Shown: piece after piece, positions 36,834 to 46,122 of the stretch | Layout: every line of letters begins with the position of its first letter | How positions within the stretch are numbered: the stretch's first letter is position 1 | Source: Myxococcota bacterium | GTDB taxonomy: Bacteria > Myxococcota_A > UBA796 > SXON01 | Assembly: GCA_040386535.1 (NCBI GenBank) | Contig: JAZKFH010000055.1 | Span: forward strand, 32,001-96,000 | Reading direction: 5' to 3' | DNA: 64,000 nucleotides | Program-made: the position numbers and the translations under genes | The notes under the pieces: model-generated | Seen by the model: the letters and a program-made list of their open reading frames with translations, nothing else | What the model was told of the DNA's origin: nothing | Database searches by the model: none

Positions 36834-38216
36834 TCAGCCGCCGGCCTGCTTGGGTGGAGTCGCATGCTTCCAGCCGGATTCCTGGCGCCATCGCAAGATT
36901 GGGTACTCTTTGTAGTGGGACAATGGCTTTCGAAGGCGGCTCGTGGTGGCGGCCCGAACGATGCCATAGGCGAATAGAAAGCACAGAAGTCCACAGACGA
37001 CTCCCCCGAACTCCCCGTCCGCCAGCGCCTGGGAGAGGGCGAGCGCACCGAGGATCGCGCCCAACGTGCCAAACGTGTTCAGGGCGGATGTTCGACGATG
37101 CGCCCCACGACAATCCCCGCAGTAGGGAATACGGAGCTGACTCGTCTCCCAACGTCCCTGCTCCTGCCTGCACAGCGGGAGGATGTACGGAGGCGTGTCG
37201 CCAGCGGGTGGCCCTCCGCAGAACCAACACGAGGAGGCGCCCCGCTCTCGTGCCTCGATGAGCTCGCGCTCGAGCGCCGGACTTAGAGATCCTGTCGCCC
37301 TCTCCGGTGCCGCGCGCGGATCGGCCGCCGGACGCCGCACTACCGCCGAGCCAGCAACCGAAGAAGGGGCGAGCGCCCCCCCCAACGCCGTCACAAACGC
37401 CCCGCAATCCTGGAACCGAGCGTCCGCGGCTGGCGCGAGCGCTGTCTGGATGCACTCCGCCAGCGCAGGACTGACCCCGGCCGCGACGCGCGCGGGCGGG
37501 TCGAAGCGGCCGTCCACGATGTTGCGCATCGTGTCGAACTCGCTGTCGCCCGCGAAGGCCGGGCGCCCGGTCGCACACTCGTAGAGGATGGCGCCCAGCG
37601 CGAAGATGTCCGCGCGGGCGTCGACGTTGCTCGAGCCCCGGATCTGCTCTGGGCTCATGTAGTGCAGGGTGCCCATGCGCATGCCCGTGCGCGTCCTCTG
37701 TTTCCCCGCGTCGAGCGCGCTCGCTTCGAGCACCTTGGCGATCCCGAAGTCACCCACTACCGGCCACAGGTCGGTGCCTCGGCGCGTCACCAACACGTTG
37801 TCGGGCTTGAGATCGCGGTGGACGACCCCAGCGGCATGCGCGGCACCCACCGCGTCGAGCAGCGGGAGCATGATGACAGCGATCTCCCGCGGTTCGAGGG
37901 CGGCGACCCGCTCGGCGAGGAGCTGGGTGAGCGTCGGACCCTCGATGAGCTCCATCACGAGCCCGGCCACGGGGTCGGTGACGATGTCCGTCACCGCGAT
38001 GATGTTGGGATGCCGAAGGCCGGCCTGGATGCGCCCTTCCGACAGGAAGCGGCTCCGCATCTCGGGGTCGTTGGCGAGGTGCGGGAGCAGCACCTTGATG
38101 GCGTGCGTGCTGTGGAGGAACTGGTGGCGTGTCCGGTAGACCGTCGCGAAGCCGCCTTCTCCGAGCGTGCCAGTTATGGTGTAGCGTCCATCGAGAATTG
38201 TGCCGACAGGAAGCAT
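36834..38216 (-). CDS. Ser/Thr kinase with C-terminal CxxC..CxxC zinc finger and two TM helices
   Basis: ATG 38216 (MLPVGTILDGRY). HRDLKPDN and DFGIAK motifs; CWFCGG...IPYCGDC followed by two hydrophobic segments. Confidence 0.87.
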   Translation of the reverse strand: MLPVGTILDGRYTITGTLGEGGFATVYRTRHQFLHSTHAIKVLLPHLANDPEMRSRFLSEGRIQAGLRHPNIIAVTDIVTDPVAGLVMELIEGPTLTQLLAERVAALEPREIAVIMLPLLDAVGAAHAAGVVHRDLKPDNVLVTRRGTDLWPVVGDFGIAKVLEASALDAGKQRTRTGMRMGTLHYMSPEQIRGSSNVDARADIFALGAILYECATGRPAFAGDSEFDTMRNIVDGRFDPPARVAAGVSPALAECIQTALAPAADARFQDCGAFVTALGGALAPSSVAGSAVVRRPAADPRAAPERATGSLSPALERELIEARERGASSCWFCGGPPAGDTPPYILPLCRQEQGRWETSQLRIPYCGDCRGAHRRTSALNTFGTLGAILGALALSQALADGEFGGVVCGLLCFLFAYGIVRAATTSRLRKPLSHYKEYPILRWRQESGWKHATPPKQAGG

Positions 38217-38419
38217 GGGCGCGCACAGTAGCACGGGCACCACCGAGGACGATGCGTCTCGGGGACGGGGATGCCGTCCGCGGGGGGCGACGTCCTACGG
38301 GGTGGCCGGGGACCTCGTCGTCGGGCGCGGGGGCGGCCGGCGGCTGGTCGTGAGCACGCCCAGGCGCTCCGCTTGACGCCCCCACCGGTCTCTGCTCTGC
38401 TCCCGCCCCGGAGAACGGA

Positions 38420-40768
38420 ATGCCACGAAGCGATGCAAACGCCATCTCGCTGCGCACGGTGCGCGCGGTGCTGGACGCCGCGGCGTCGTTCGAGATGACC
38501 GTTGCCGGGCAGCACGTACATGTGGAGGTCGAGCGGCTCCCGGCGCCGACGTGGCCGCGCCCGAACATGATGGCGTTGGATGCGCAGGCAGACGGGCCTT
38601 GGCCGACGCCGGTGCGCGTGCGATGCACCTGGCCGGGCGGCGCCACGACGCTCCGCGTGATGGCCAGCTTCTGGCGGGGCGGGCCCCACGACGGACAGGT
38701 GACCTTGCGGGTGGCCATCGACGCCACCGATCGGGAGCTTGTGTCCATCACGCTCTACCCGATGTTCCACGAGGTGCCCGACGGCGGCACCGCGCTGATC
38801 TGGGCGAGCACGGCTCTCTTCCCGCGGAAGGAGGCCGCGCCGGACGGGCAGTTGGCGGCGCTCGCCGAGCACCTTCGAGCCCGGGTCGCATCGGAGGGCC
38901 TGGTGGGTCCGACGCCCGCGCGCGTAATGCTTGGCGAGGCGTCGGTGCCCGGACCGGTCCTCCACCCGGACGCTGCAACTGTCTTCCGTCGCCTCACGAC
39001 GGTCACCCTGATCAAGGTCCCATACCTGCTGCGCGGCGGCATTCCCGGCATCGATGGCGCGCCGCCGTTCGACGTACCGTTGGGAGCCCCGCTTGCGCCC
39101 CCACCTCCTCCTGACCCTTCCACCCGGAAGGGCGCGTTCTGGCCGCTCCCGGGCGGCGTGCGCGGCTACAAGACGACACTCGACGCGCTCCTCGCCGACC
39201 TCGCCGAGGAGCCTCTCACCGACGCGGAGCTCCGCGATTGGTTCCGGGAGCGATTCAATCTCGAAGGGACCACCGCCGTGAACGGCTACCGGGCGGTGCC
39301 GGTGAGGCTTGGCTTCTCCGCGCGCGTCGATGGCCGGGTGGTTCTCACCGCGGCTGGGCGGGCCTACGTGGACGGCGGCAACGATCCGACCGTGTTGTTC
39401 GACCACATCCACCGTTCGCTCACGGGCATTCTCGACATCCTCGTGCTCGCCGAGGTGGCCGGCGCGGCGACGCGCTCGGGGACGCAGGCGATGCTCAACC
39501 ACCTGCTCTCGACGAGCTGGGAGAGCTCGAATCAGTCGGAATTCCGCCGCAACTGGCTGCTCTCGGTCGGTGCGACGGATCGGACTCCGGGCGGCGACGT
39601 CCTCACGCCCCTCGGCCGGGCGCTGGTCGAGCGGCACGCTACAGATGCCGCCGCCCTCCGCCCCCGCGTGATCGCGTTCCTGGCCGCCGCCGGCTCCCCG
39701 GAGCCCGGCGACGACGACGCGGACGACCCAGTCGAGCCCCTGATCGTGCCCGAGGCCGCCCCCTCCGCCCCGACCGACGCCTGGCTCTCCGGACGCCCGG
39801 TGCTCCGCCCGTCAATGGTGCACCCACACCTCGGGACGCTCCAGGTGCCGGACCGGCTGCTCGAACAGGCGTGCGCGGCGCTGACCGCCGGGAAGCACCT
39901 CCTGCTCGTGGGCCCACCGGGCACAGGGAAGACCGAACTCGCCATCGCGCTCGCGAACGCAGCCGCCACCGAGGGCTACTGCGCGCCGCCGCTCCTCTCG
40001 ACCGCCTCTGCGGACTGGACGAGCTTCGACACGATCGGCGGCTACATGCTCACCCAGTCCCGCGAGCTGCGCTTCCGCCCGGGCGTCTTCCTCGCGGCCC
40101 TGGAAGAGCAACGCTGGCTGCTCGTCGACGAGCTCAACCGCGCGGACGTCGACCGATCCTTCGGCGAGCTGATGACCGTGCTCTCGGGCAAACCCTCGCG
40201 CACGCCGTTCACTCTGGAGGATGGGCGCGCCGTCTCGATCGGGGCTCCCGGCGCCGGCCACAGCCACGTCGTCCCCGGGAGCTTCCGTGTGCTCGCGACG
40301 ATGAACACCTGGGACAAGACCTCCCTGTTCCGGCTGTCCTTCGCGGTGCAGCGCCGCTTTGCGGTGCTCCACCTCGGCGTGCCCGACGATGCGGCCTACG
40401 CGTCGATCCTCGCCGATGCGGCCACACGGGTGCACTATGACGACCCGGTGCTCGGCATCGCCTCGCTACACGCGCTCCAGGACCTCTTCCGGAGCGACCG
40501 CCTCCTCTCGTGCCGACCTGTCGGCCCGGCCGTCCCGCTCGACATGATCCGCTACCTGCGCCGACGGGGCCCCGGCGCAGACGCCCTCGTCGAAGCGGTG
40601 GCGCTCTTCCTGCTCCCGCAGCTGGAAGGCTTGCCGGAGGAGCCCGCGGCCGAAGTGCTCCGCATGCTCCGCGTCGGGATCGCGGCCTCCGCTTCGGACG
40701 AGGCCCGAGCCGAGCTCGTCGAACGCTATCGAGAGCTCTTCCCGATGTTTGCACTGGACCGAGCATGA
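38420..40768 (+). CDS. McrB-like AAA+ GTPase with N-terminal tandem winged-helix-like region
   Basis: LLLVGPPGTGKT, LLVDELNRAD, FRVLATMNTWD (McrB NxxD signature) and LSFAVQRRF. The N-terminal repeats end in LTAAGRAY and LTPLGRAL. Confidence 0.85.
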   Translation: MPRSDANAISLRTVRAVLDAAASFEMTVAGQHVHVEVERLPAPTWPRPNMMALDAQADGPWPTPVRVRCTWPGGATTLRVMASFWRGGPHDGQVTLRVAIDATDRELVSITLYPMFHEVPDGGTALIWASTALFPRKEAAPDGQLAALAEHLRARVASEGLVGPTPARVMLGEASVPGPVLHPDAATVFRRLTTVTLIKVPYLLRGGIPGIDGAPPFDVPLGAPLAPPPPPDPSTRKGAFWPLPGGVRGYKTTLDALLADLAEEPLTDAELRDWFRERFNLEGTTAVNGYRAVPVRLGFSARVDGRVVLTAAGRAYVDGGNDPTVLFDHIHRSLTGILDILVLAEVAGAATRSGTQAMLNHLLSTSWESSNQSEFRRNWLLSVGATDRTPGGDVLTPLGRALVERHATDAAALRPRVIAFLAAAGSPEPGDDDADDPVEPLIVPEAAPSAPTDAWLSGRPVLRPSMVHPHLGTLQVPDRLLEQACAALTAGKHLLLVGPPGTGKTELAIALANAAATEGYCAPPLLSTASADWTSFDTIGGYMLTQSRELRFRPGVFLAALEEQRWLLVDELNRADVDRSFGELMTVLSGKPSRTPFTLEDGRAVSIGAPGAGHSHVVPGSFRVLATMNTWDKTSLFRLSFAVQRRFAVLHLGVPDDAAYASILADAATRVHYDDPVLGIASLHALQDLFRSDRLLSCRPVGPAVPLDMIRYLRRRGPGADALVEAVALFLLPQLEGLPEEPAAEVLRMLRVGIAASASDEARAELVERYRELFPMFALDRA

Positions 40769-41994
40769 CGGCGCCCTGGGAGGGCTTCCTGCGGGAGCAC
40801 TTCCCGGGCTACCTGCTCCCGGAGACGCGCGTCTCTCGCATCGATCCCGACGAGGCAGCCCTCTTCCTCGCTCGCATGGCCGACCGTCCGCACGCGCTCC
40901 TGCTCGTGCGCGCCGCCGCCCTCGTCGCTGGCAATCTCGACGCGATCGAGGCCCTCGCCGTCCGCGAGCTGCCCGACCTCGTGCGGGGCCTCCCCAGCAC
41001 GACGGAGGCTCGCCCGCGTCGCTGGGAGGGAGGCTTTCAGGGACGTCTCGATGCGCCCGCGACGCAGGCGTTGAACCTCATGGGCGCCGAGACCGCCTTC
41101 ATCACGCGCGCGCGTCGCCGCCACTTCGCCCTCCCGGAGAACCGCGTGCTCCGGCACGTGGCAGGGAAGCTCCTCGCCACCCTGGTGTCGCTCGACGCCG
41201 CTGGCGTGTCAGGTGGCTCCGATTGGGGGGTCCGCGCCCGTGGGTGTGACCTCCCGCTCCGCACCGCGCTCCACGCCAGCGCGCTCCGCCAGGTGCCGGA
41301 CGGCCACCTCGACGCCCCGGATCTCGCCGCCGCCGCGCACGCGCGTCACCCCGCCTACCGGCGCGCGGCCTCCCTCTACGGACGCATCCGCGACACGCTG
41401 GACGCTCGGGATCCCGCGCGGGTCGCCGCGCTCCTCGCGGAGGGGGCGCTGGTGCCGCTCAAGGACTGGACTCGCTTCGAGGTTGCGGTGCTCCTTCGGC
41501 TCGTCCAAGCGATGCACGCGCGACTCGACCGGACACAGCCGGGGCGGTGGAGGCTCGAGCGCGCAGCGTTCCAGAAGGGGCGCGCGGACGTGGCGGCGCT
41601 GCTCCGCGACGACGGCGTCGCCGTCCGCTTCTTCCACAACCAGTCCCTCTTCGAGCCCGGGCAGCGGGAGCGCGGGCTCCGGCACTACTTCAGCAGCGGC
41701 GCCTCCATGCGGCCCGACATCACCCTCCGCTACGAGCGGCCCGGGTCTGCGCCGCTCCACACCGTGGTCGAGGTCAAGCTGTCAGACAAGCCGGAGTACG
41801 TGGCTTCCGGCTACGAGGAGGCCCTCCTGTACGCCTACGAGTACGCAGATCGCCTCCGCGCGTGGCCTCGCGCCATCCTCGTCGCGAGCGGCGTGGTCAC
41901 CGGGAGCGCCTCGCGCGCTCACCCGGTGGTCGCTATTGACTGGGCGCGCTGGGTCCCCGAGGTGGTGCTGGACGGGCTTGTCGAGGGGTTGTGA
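40765..41994 (+). CDS. McrC-like PD-(D/E)xK nuclease
   Basis: ATGA overlap with the McrB-like gene. FQGRLDAPAT, LPENRVL and HPAY motifs; nuclease core RPDITL...VVEVKLS...Y. Confidence 0.78.
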   Translation: MTAPWEGFLREHFPGYLLPETRVSRIDPDEAALFLARMADRPHALLLVRAAALVAGNLDAIEALAVRELPDLVRGLPSTTEARPRRWEGGFQGRLDAPATQALNLMGAETAFITRARRRHFALPENRVLRHVAGKLLATLVSLDAAGVSGGSDWGVRARGCDLPLRTALHASALRQVPDGHLDAPDLAAAAHARHPAYRRAASLYGRIRDTLDARDPARVAALLAEGALVPLKDWTRFEVAVLLRLVQAMHARLDRTQPGRWRLERAAFQKGRADVAALLRDDGVAVRFFHNQSLFEPGQRERGLRHYFSSGASMRPDITLRYERPGSAPLHTVVEVKLSDKPEYVASGYEEALLYAYEYADRLRAWPRAILVASGVVTGSASRAHPVVAIDWARWVPEVVLDGLVEGL

Positions 41995-42233
41995 CGGCTC
42001 GGCGCCACGGTGATCACGGCGCGGGTCGAGGGGGCGAGGGAGCGGGGAGCGGCGCGGGCGCGGGCGCGGAGAGGGCGGGAACGTGCGGAGTCGTGACGCA
42101 CACGCGCCCAGCTGTGCCCCTGGTCAGCCGTTGGTCAGCGAACACCTCCCAACACCCCCCTCCACACCCCCGCACCTCCCCACGCTGACCAGTGAATGAT
42201 CCGCAAAGTACCGATGTTTACGCCATGCAAGTG

Positions 42234-42281
42234 TGATTCGTAATCAGCAGGTCGTCGGTTCAAGTCCGATCTTCGGCTCCA
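42234..42281 (+). pseudogene. 3' half of tRNA-Thr(CGT), probable attR of an integrative element
   Basis: TGATTCGTAATCAGCAGGTCGTCGGTTCAAGTCCGATCTTCGGCTCCA has an anticodon loop TTCGTAA, a T-arm GTCGG-TTCAAGT-CCGAT and a CCA end. The required 5' acceptor strand (GCCGAAG) and D-arm are absent upstream. Confidence 0.85.
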
Positions 42282-42289
42282 TCAGATAA

Positions 42290-42329
42290 AGAAGCGCCCG
42301 CCCTGGAGAAATCTGGGGCGGGCGTTTCT
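42290..42329 (+). terminator. GC-rich hairpin, probable intrinsic terminator of the original tRNA locus
   Basis: AGAAGCGCCCGCCCTGGA-GAAA-TCTGGGGCGGGCGTTTCT imperfect inverted repeat directly after the CCA. Confidence 0.7.
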
Positions 42330-42373
42330 GCGTCTTCGATGCGTGACGGAAATCCGGGTCGCCCGCGGGACGA

Positions 42374-43702
42374 TCAGCTCCGCGCCCTGATGTGTGCCCA
42401 CACGAACCGCACGACCCAGACGGGCCCCGCCACGGCGAGCACGATCAGCAGTGGATCGTAGGGCACCCGGTACCGGATCTCGCCGGTGTAGGCGAGCGCG
42501 GCGAGCACCATCACCACGAGATGGAGGATGGGCACCACGAGCGCGTCCGCGTCGACCGCCCCAGCCCGCGGCCGCCCGGGGAGGCCTCGACGCGCCCACA
42601 GGCTGACCGCCGTGCCGAGCATCCCAAGGGCCGCCAGGGGCAGGAGCCCAGACGCGACGATCCGAGGCCACGCGTCGAGGAGCTCTTTCCTCACCCCCTC
42701 CCCAGCCTGCTTCCGCTCGGGCCACATCACGTTGTCGGCGTAGAGGAAGCGCACATTGCGATTGAGCCGCCCGGCGATGTCCGACCACGAGGACGCCCTG
42801 AATACGCGGTCCCGCTCCGCGTTCAGCGGCCGCGGATCACAGCGGAGGCCCTCGAACCGGAAGTCCGGATCGAACCCGCTCGTCCTGCCTCGCGCGGGCG
42901 GGTGGAACCCGTTGTACTCGGTCACCACCCCCGGGGGCGGCTTGGCCTCCAGCCCCGAGTACTCGCTGAAGGCGAACAGGCTCATCACCGCGCCGTTGTC
43001 CGCAATGAGGCCGACGCGGCCAGTCCGATCGTGGTACCGCGCGGCCCCGAGCGCCACCGCGCACGCCACGGGCACGAGGAAGGCGAGGAGCCCGCGCCAG
43101 GTCCCCGCGCGACGCCAAAGCGCCCACCCGACGAGGAGCGGGACGGCGAGCAGGATCGGCGGGCGGAGCAGATAGGCGAGGCCGGTCACGACGCCCGCGA
43201 GCCCCGCCCCGCGCCCCGTCTGGACGTAGCGCACCCACGCCCACGCGCTCGTCACCAGGGCGAGCGTATAGGGGAGCTCCGACGAGAAGTACCCGCCGTA
43301 CGTCACGAGCGGGTACCAGAGCGCGACGGTGAGGCCTACGATCGCGGCCGCTGCGACGCTCCCGAGGCAGCGCCGGGCGAGCAGGACCGCGATCGGGGCG
43401 ACGAGCGTGCCGAGCGCAACGTGTACCCACCCCATCGCGTCGAGACCATCGGGACCGAAGACCGTCATCTCCGCCGCGTAGAGCCAGTGTGCGCCCGGGG
43501 CGAAGCAGACCTCGGCATCGCTGCCTTCGAGCAGGTCCCGGGCGCGCCCGATGTAGCCCTTCATGTCCGAGAACACGCCGTCCGCCGGCCGCTGGAAATG
43601 GATCAGCCACGCGGCGCGCACCCCGAACGCGACCGCGGTGCTGCCGATCGCGGCGACCCACGTAGCGTCGTGCGCTTCGTCGTTTCTGGGCGGTGAGAGC
43701 AT
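42374..43702 (-). CDS. GT-C fold (ArnT/PMT-like) integral membrane glycosyltransferase
   Basis: Many TM segments; FSDMKGY, YFSSELPY, GLAYLLRP and GEIRYRVPYDP motifs; start ATG 43702. Confidence 0.72.
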   Translation of the reverse strand: MLSPPRNDEAHDATWVAAIGSTAVAFGVRAAWLIHFQRPADGVFSDMKGYIGRARDLLEGSDAEVCFAPGAHWLYAAEMTVFGPDGLDAMGWVHVALGTLVAPIAVLLARRCLGSVAAAAIVGLTVALWYPLVTYGGYFSSELPYTLALVTSAWAWVRYVQTGRGAGLAGVVTGLAYLLRPPILLAVPLLVGWALWRRAGTWRGLLAFLVPVACAVALGAARYHDRTGRVGLIADNGAVMSLFAFSEYSGLEAKPPPGVVTEYNGFHPPARGRTSGFDPDFRFEGLRCDPRPLNAERDRVFRASSWSDIAGRLNRNVRFLYADNVMWPERKQAGEGVRKELLDAWPRIVASGLLPLAALGMLGTAVSLWARRGLPGRPRAGAVDADALVVPILHLVVMVLAALAYTGEIRYRVPYDPLLIVLAVAGPVWVVRFVWAHIRARS

Positions 43703-43824
43703 CGGGGGGCCCCCAGTGTAACGTCGAGCGCGCCCCCGCCAACCGCTCCTCGGACGGCGGGTGGAGTGCGTCTCCCGACTTGCGACGGTATTCCGGAGGC
43801 GCGCGCGACTGGTTACCCGCCCGC

Positions 43825-46122
43825 ATGCCCGCTCCCGAACACGACGACGCGTCCGCCACCCCCTTCGCACCGCTCGCCGCCGTCCTCGCCAACGTCAGCC
43901 GCCCCGGCGACTTCTGCGCGCATGGCACCGTCGTCACGCCCATTCCCCGCATCGACGTCGGGGGCGTCGGCACGATCGCGTTCCCGTTGCCGCCGTTCCA
44001 GGCCGAGCAGCTCCTCGCGGCGGCCGAGGCGGCTCCGTATGGCCGCGGCGCCGACACCCTCGTGGACCCCGACGTGCGGCGCGCCTGGCAGATCTCGCCC
44101 GGGCGCGTGCGGCTGGACGATCGGCAGTGGGACAAGACGCTCGCGAGCATCGTGGCGAGCGCCGCGGCCGGCCTCGGGGTCGACGGCGACGTGACGGCCG
44201 AGCTGTACAAGATGCTCGTCTACGACGCAGGCGGCTTCTTCGTGCCGCACCGCGACACCGAGAAGGCGCCGAGCATGTTCGGGACGCTGGTGATCGTCCT
44301 GCCGTCCACGTACCGGGGCGGCGATCTCGTCGTGCGCCATGGTGGGCGCGAGGCCGTGCTGACGCTCCCCGGCGAGGACGTGGCGCGCGTGTCGTGGGGC
44401 GCGTTCTACGCGGACTGTGTGCACGAGCTCCGCCCCATCACCAACGGATATCGGTTGTGCCTCGTCTACAATCTTCTGCGCATCGGCACGTCGCGGCCGG
44501 TGGCACCCGACCACTCCCGCGAGGTCGAGGGCGTGGCGGCCTTCCTCGAGGAGTGGGCGCGGAGCACGGACGCCTCCGAGCAGCTCGAGGACGACGAGGA
44601 GGGGTACGACGAGCCGCCCGTGTACCCGAACAAGCTCGTCCACCTCCTCGAGCACCACTACACACCCGCCGAGCTCTCCTTCGACACGCTCAAGAACCGC
44701 GACGCCGCGCTCGCCTCCGTGCTCCTCGCCGCCGCGGAGCTCGGCGACGCCGTCGTCCACCTCGCCATGGTCTCGATCGAGGAGTCCGGATCAGCGGAGC
44801 CGCTGTACGACGAGCGGCGACACGGGCACTGGGGGCGCTACGAGGACGAGGACGAGGACCAGGACTTCGAGATCCACGAGATCTTCGAGCGTGTTGAAAC
44901 GGTGAGCGGCTGGGTGCGGGCCGACGAGCAAGAGGTCACTCTCGGTGCGCTCCCCATCGACGAGGACGAGCTCTTCCCGCCCGACGCGCTCGACGACGAG
45001 GAGCCCGACGAGAAGCACCTCCACGAGGCCACCGGCAACGGCGGCGCCAGCTTCGAGCGCACCTACCGCCGCGCGGCGCTCGTGGTCTGGCCCCGAAGCC
45101 TGGAGCTCGCGGTCGTGGCGCAGGCGCCGCTCGCGTCGCTCGTCGGGATGCTCCTGCCCCTCGTCACCTCGACCGATCCAGGAGAGCGCCTCCGCGGCCA
45201 GGCGCTCGCGACGAGGATCATCGAGGGGCCCCCGTCCGGGAGCGGGACGGGACGGGTCGACCTGCTGAGCGTCCTCCTTCGCCTCGGCGATCCCGCGCTG
45301 GTGGCCCGCTACGTCCGTGCTCACCTCCAGCACGGCTTCGCCCCCACCGAGATCGACACGCTCCTGGCGTGCCACGGGCTGCTCGGAGGCGCCGTGTTGG
45401 CGGCGCTCGTGGCCTCCATCTTCGAGACCAACGCCCCCGCGCGGGCACCCGTGTGCCTCGATCTGCTCGACCGGCTCGTCACGATAGACCCCTCCGCGGC
45501 ACGCACGGCCGCGCCGGTGCTGCTCGCCCGCCTCCCCGGCGATCCGACGGCGGAGGGAAACATCCCCGAGCACCTCCGCGCCCGGCCCGACGCTGGGTGG
45601 CTGACCCGCCTCCTGGACGTCCTGCTTCGCCTCTCCGACCCTCCGCTCCTCGACCGCGCGGTCGCCTACACACGCGACTGCCTCGCCCCCCAGCACCTCG
45701 ACGCCATCGTGCTTCCCGCGGTGCTCGACCTCTGGCGCGACGGAGCCGCAACCAACGCTGCCGCCGCGTTGGCACCGCTCCACACGTTGTGTGTCACCCA
45801 CCTTCGCCGACGCGTGGCAGAGCCGTGTGAGGCCCCGACCGATTGGACGCGCGAAGCGCACGGGACATGCAGGTGCGCCGATTGTGTCACGTTCCGCGCC
45901 TTCCTCGTGAGCCCGCGGGAGCAGCGTTGGGAGCTCAAGGCCGTGCAGGGCCGGCGCACACACGTCGAGTCCCAGCTGTCCGGCGCCGACGTCGATATCC
46001 GGACCGAACGGAAGGGGAGCCCGCACACGCTGGTGTGTGTGAAGAATCGACGGTCCTACGAACGTCGGTTCGCCCAACGGGAAGCCGATCGGGCGGCGCT
46101 CGTGACGCTTGGGGTGGGGTGA
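43825..46122 (+). CDS. 2OG-Fe(II) oxygenase domain protein with long C-terminal extension
   Basis: LYKMLVYDAGGFFVPHRDTEK (HxD) and FYADCVHELRPITNGYRLCLVYNL (distal H and R); C-terminal CRCADC; start ATG 43825. Confidence 0.85.
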   Translation: MPAPEHDDASATPFAPLAAVLANVSRPGDFCAHGTVVTPIPRIDVGGVGTIAFPLPPFQAEQLLAAAEAAPYGRGADTLVDPDVRRAWQISPGRVRLDDRQWDKTLASIVASAAAGLGVDGDVTAELYKMLVYDAGGFFVPHRDTEKAPSMFGTLVIVLPSTYRGGDLVVRHGGREAVLTLPGEDVARVSWGAFYADCVHELRPITNGYRLCLVYNLLRIGTSRPVAPDHSREVEGVAAFLEEWARSTDASEQLEDDEEGYDEPPVYPNKLVHLLEHHYTPAELSFDTLKNRDAALASVLLAAAELGDAVVHLAMVSIEESGSAEPLYDERRHGHWGRYEDEDEDQDFEIHEIFERVETVSGWVRADEQEVTLGALPIDEDELFPPDALDDEEPDEKHLHEATGNGGASFERTYRRAALVVWPRSLELAVVAQAPLASLVGMLLPLVTSTDPGERLRGQALATRIIEGPPSGSGTGRVDLLSVLLRLGDPALVARYVRAHLQHGFAPTEIDTLLACHGLLGGAVLAALVASIFETNAPARAPVCLDLLDRLVTIDPSAARTAAPVLLARLPGDPTAEGNIPEHLRARPDAGWLTRLLDVLLRLSDPPLLDRAVAYTRDCLAPQHLDAIVLPAVLDLWRDGAATNAAAALAPLHTLCVTHLRRRVAEPCEAPTDWTREAHGTCRCADCVTFRAFLVSPREQRWELKAVQGRRTHVESQLSGADVDIRTERKGSPHTLVCVKNRRSYERRFAQREADRAALVTLGVG

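Noticed and set aside
1..41994. Canonical CoCoNuT or TerY-P system
   Set aside because: The parts overlap (McrBC, SF1 helicase, vWA, PP2C, kinase), but they are in separate transcription units, the vWA domains are exported, and no coiled-coil McrB partner is evident.
42206..42281. Complete functional tRNA-Thr gene
   Set aside because: There is no 5' acceptor strand or D-arm, and only 3 of 5 anticodon-stem pairs form, so it is treated as an att fragment.
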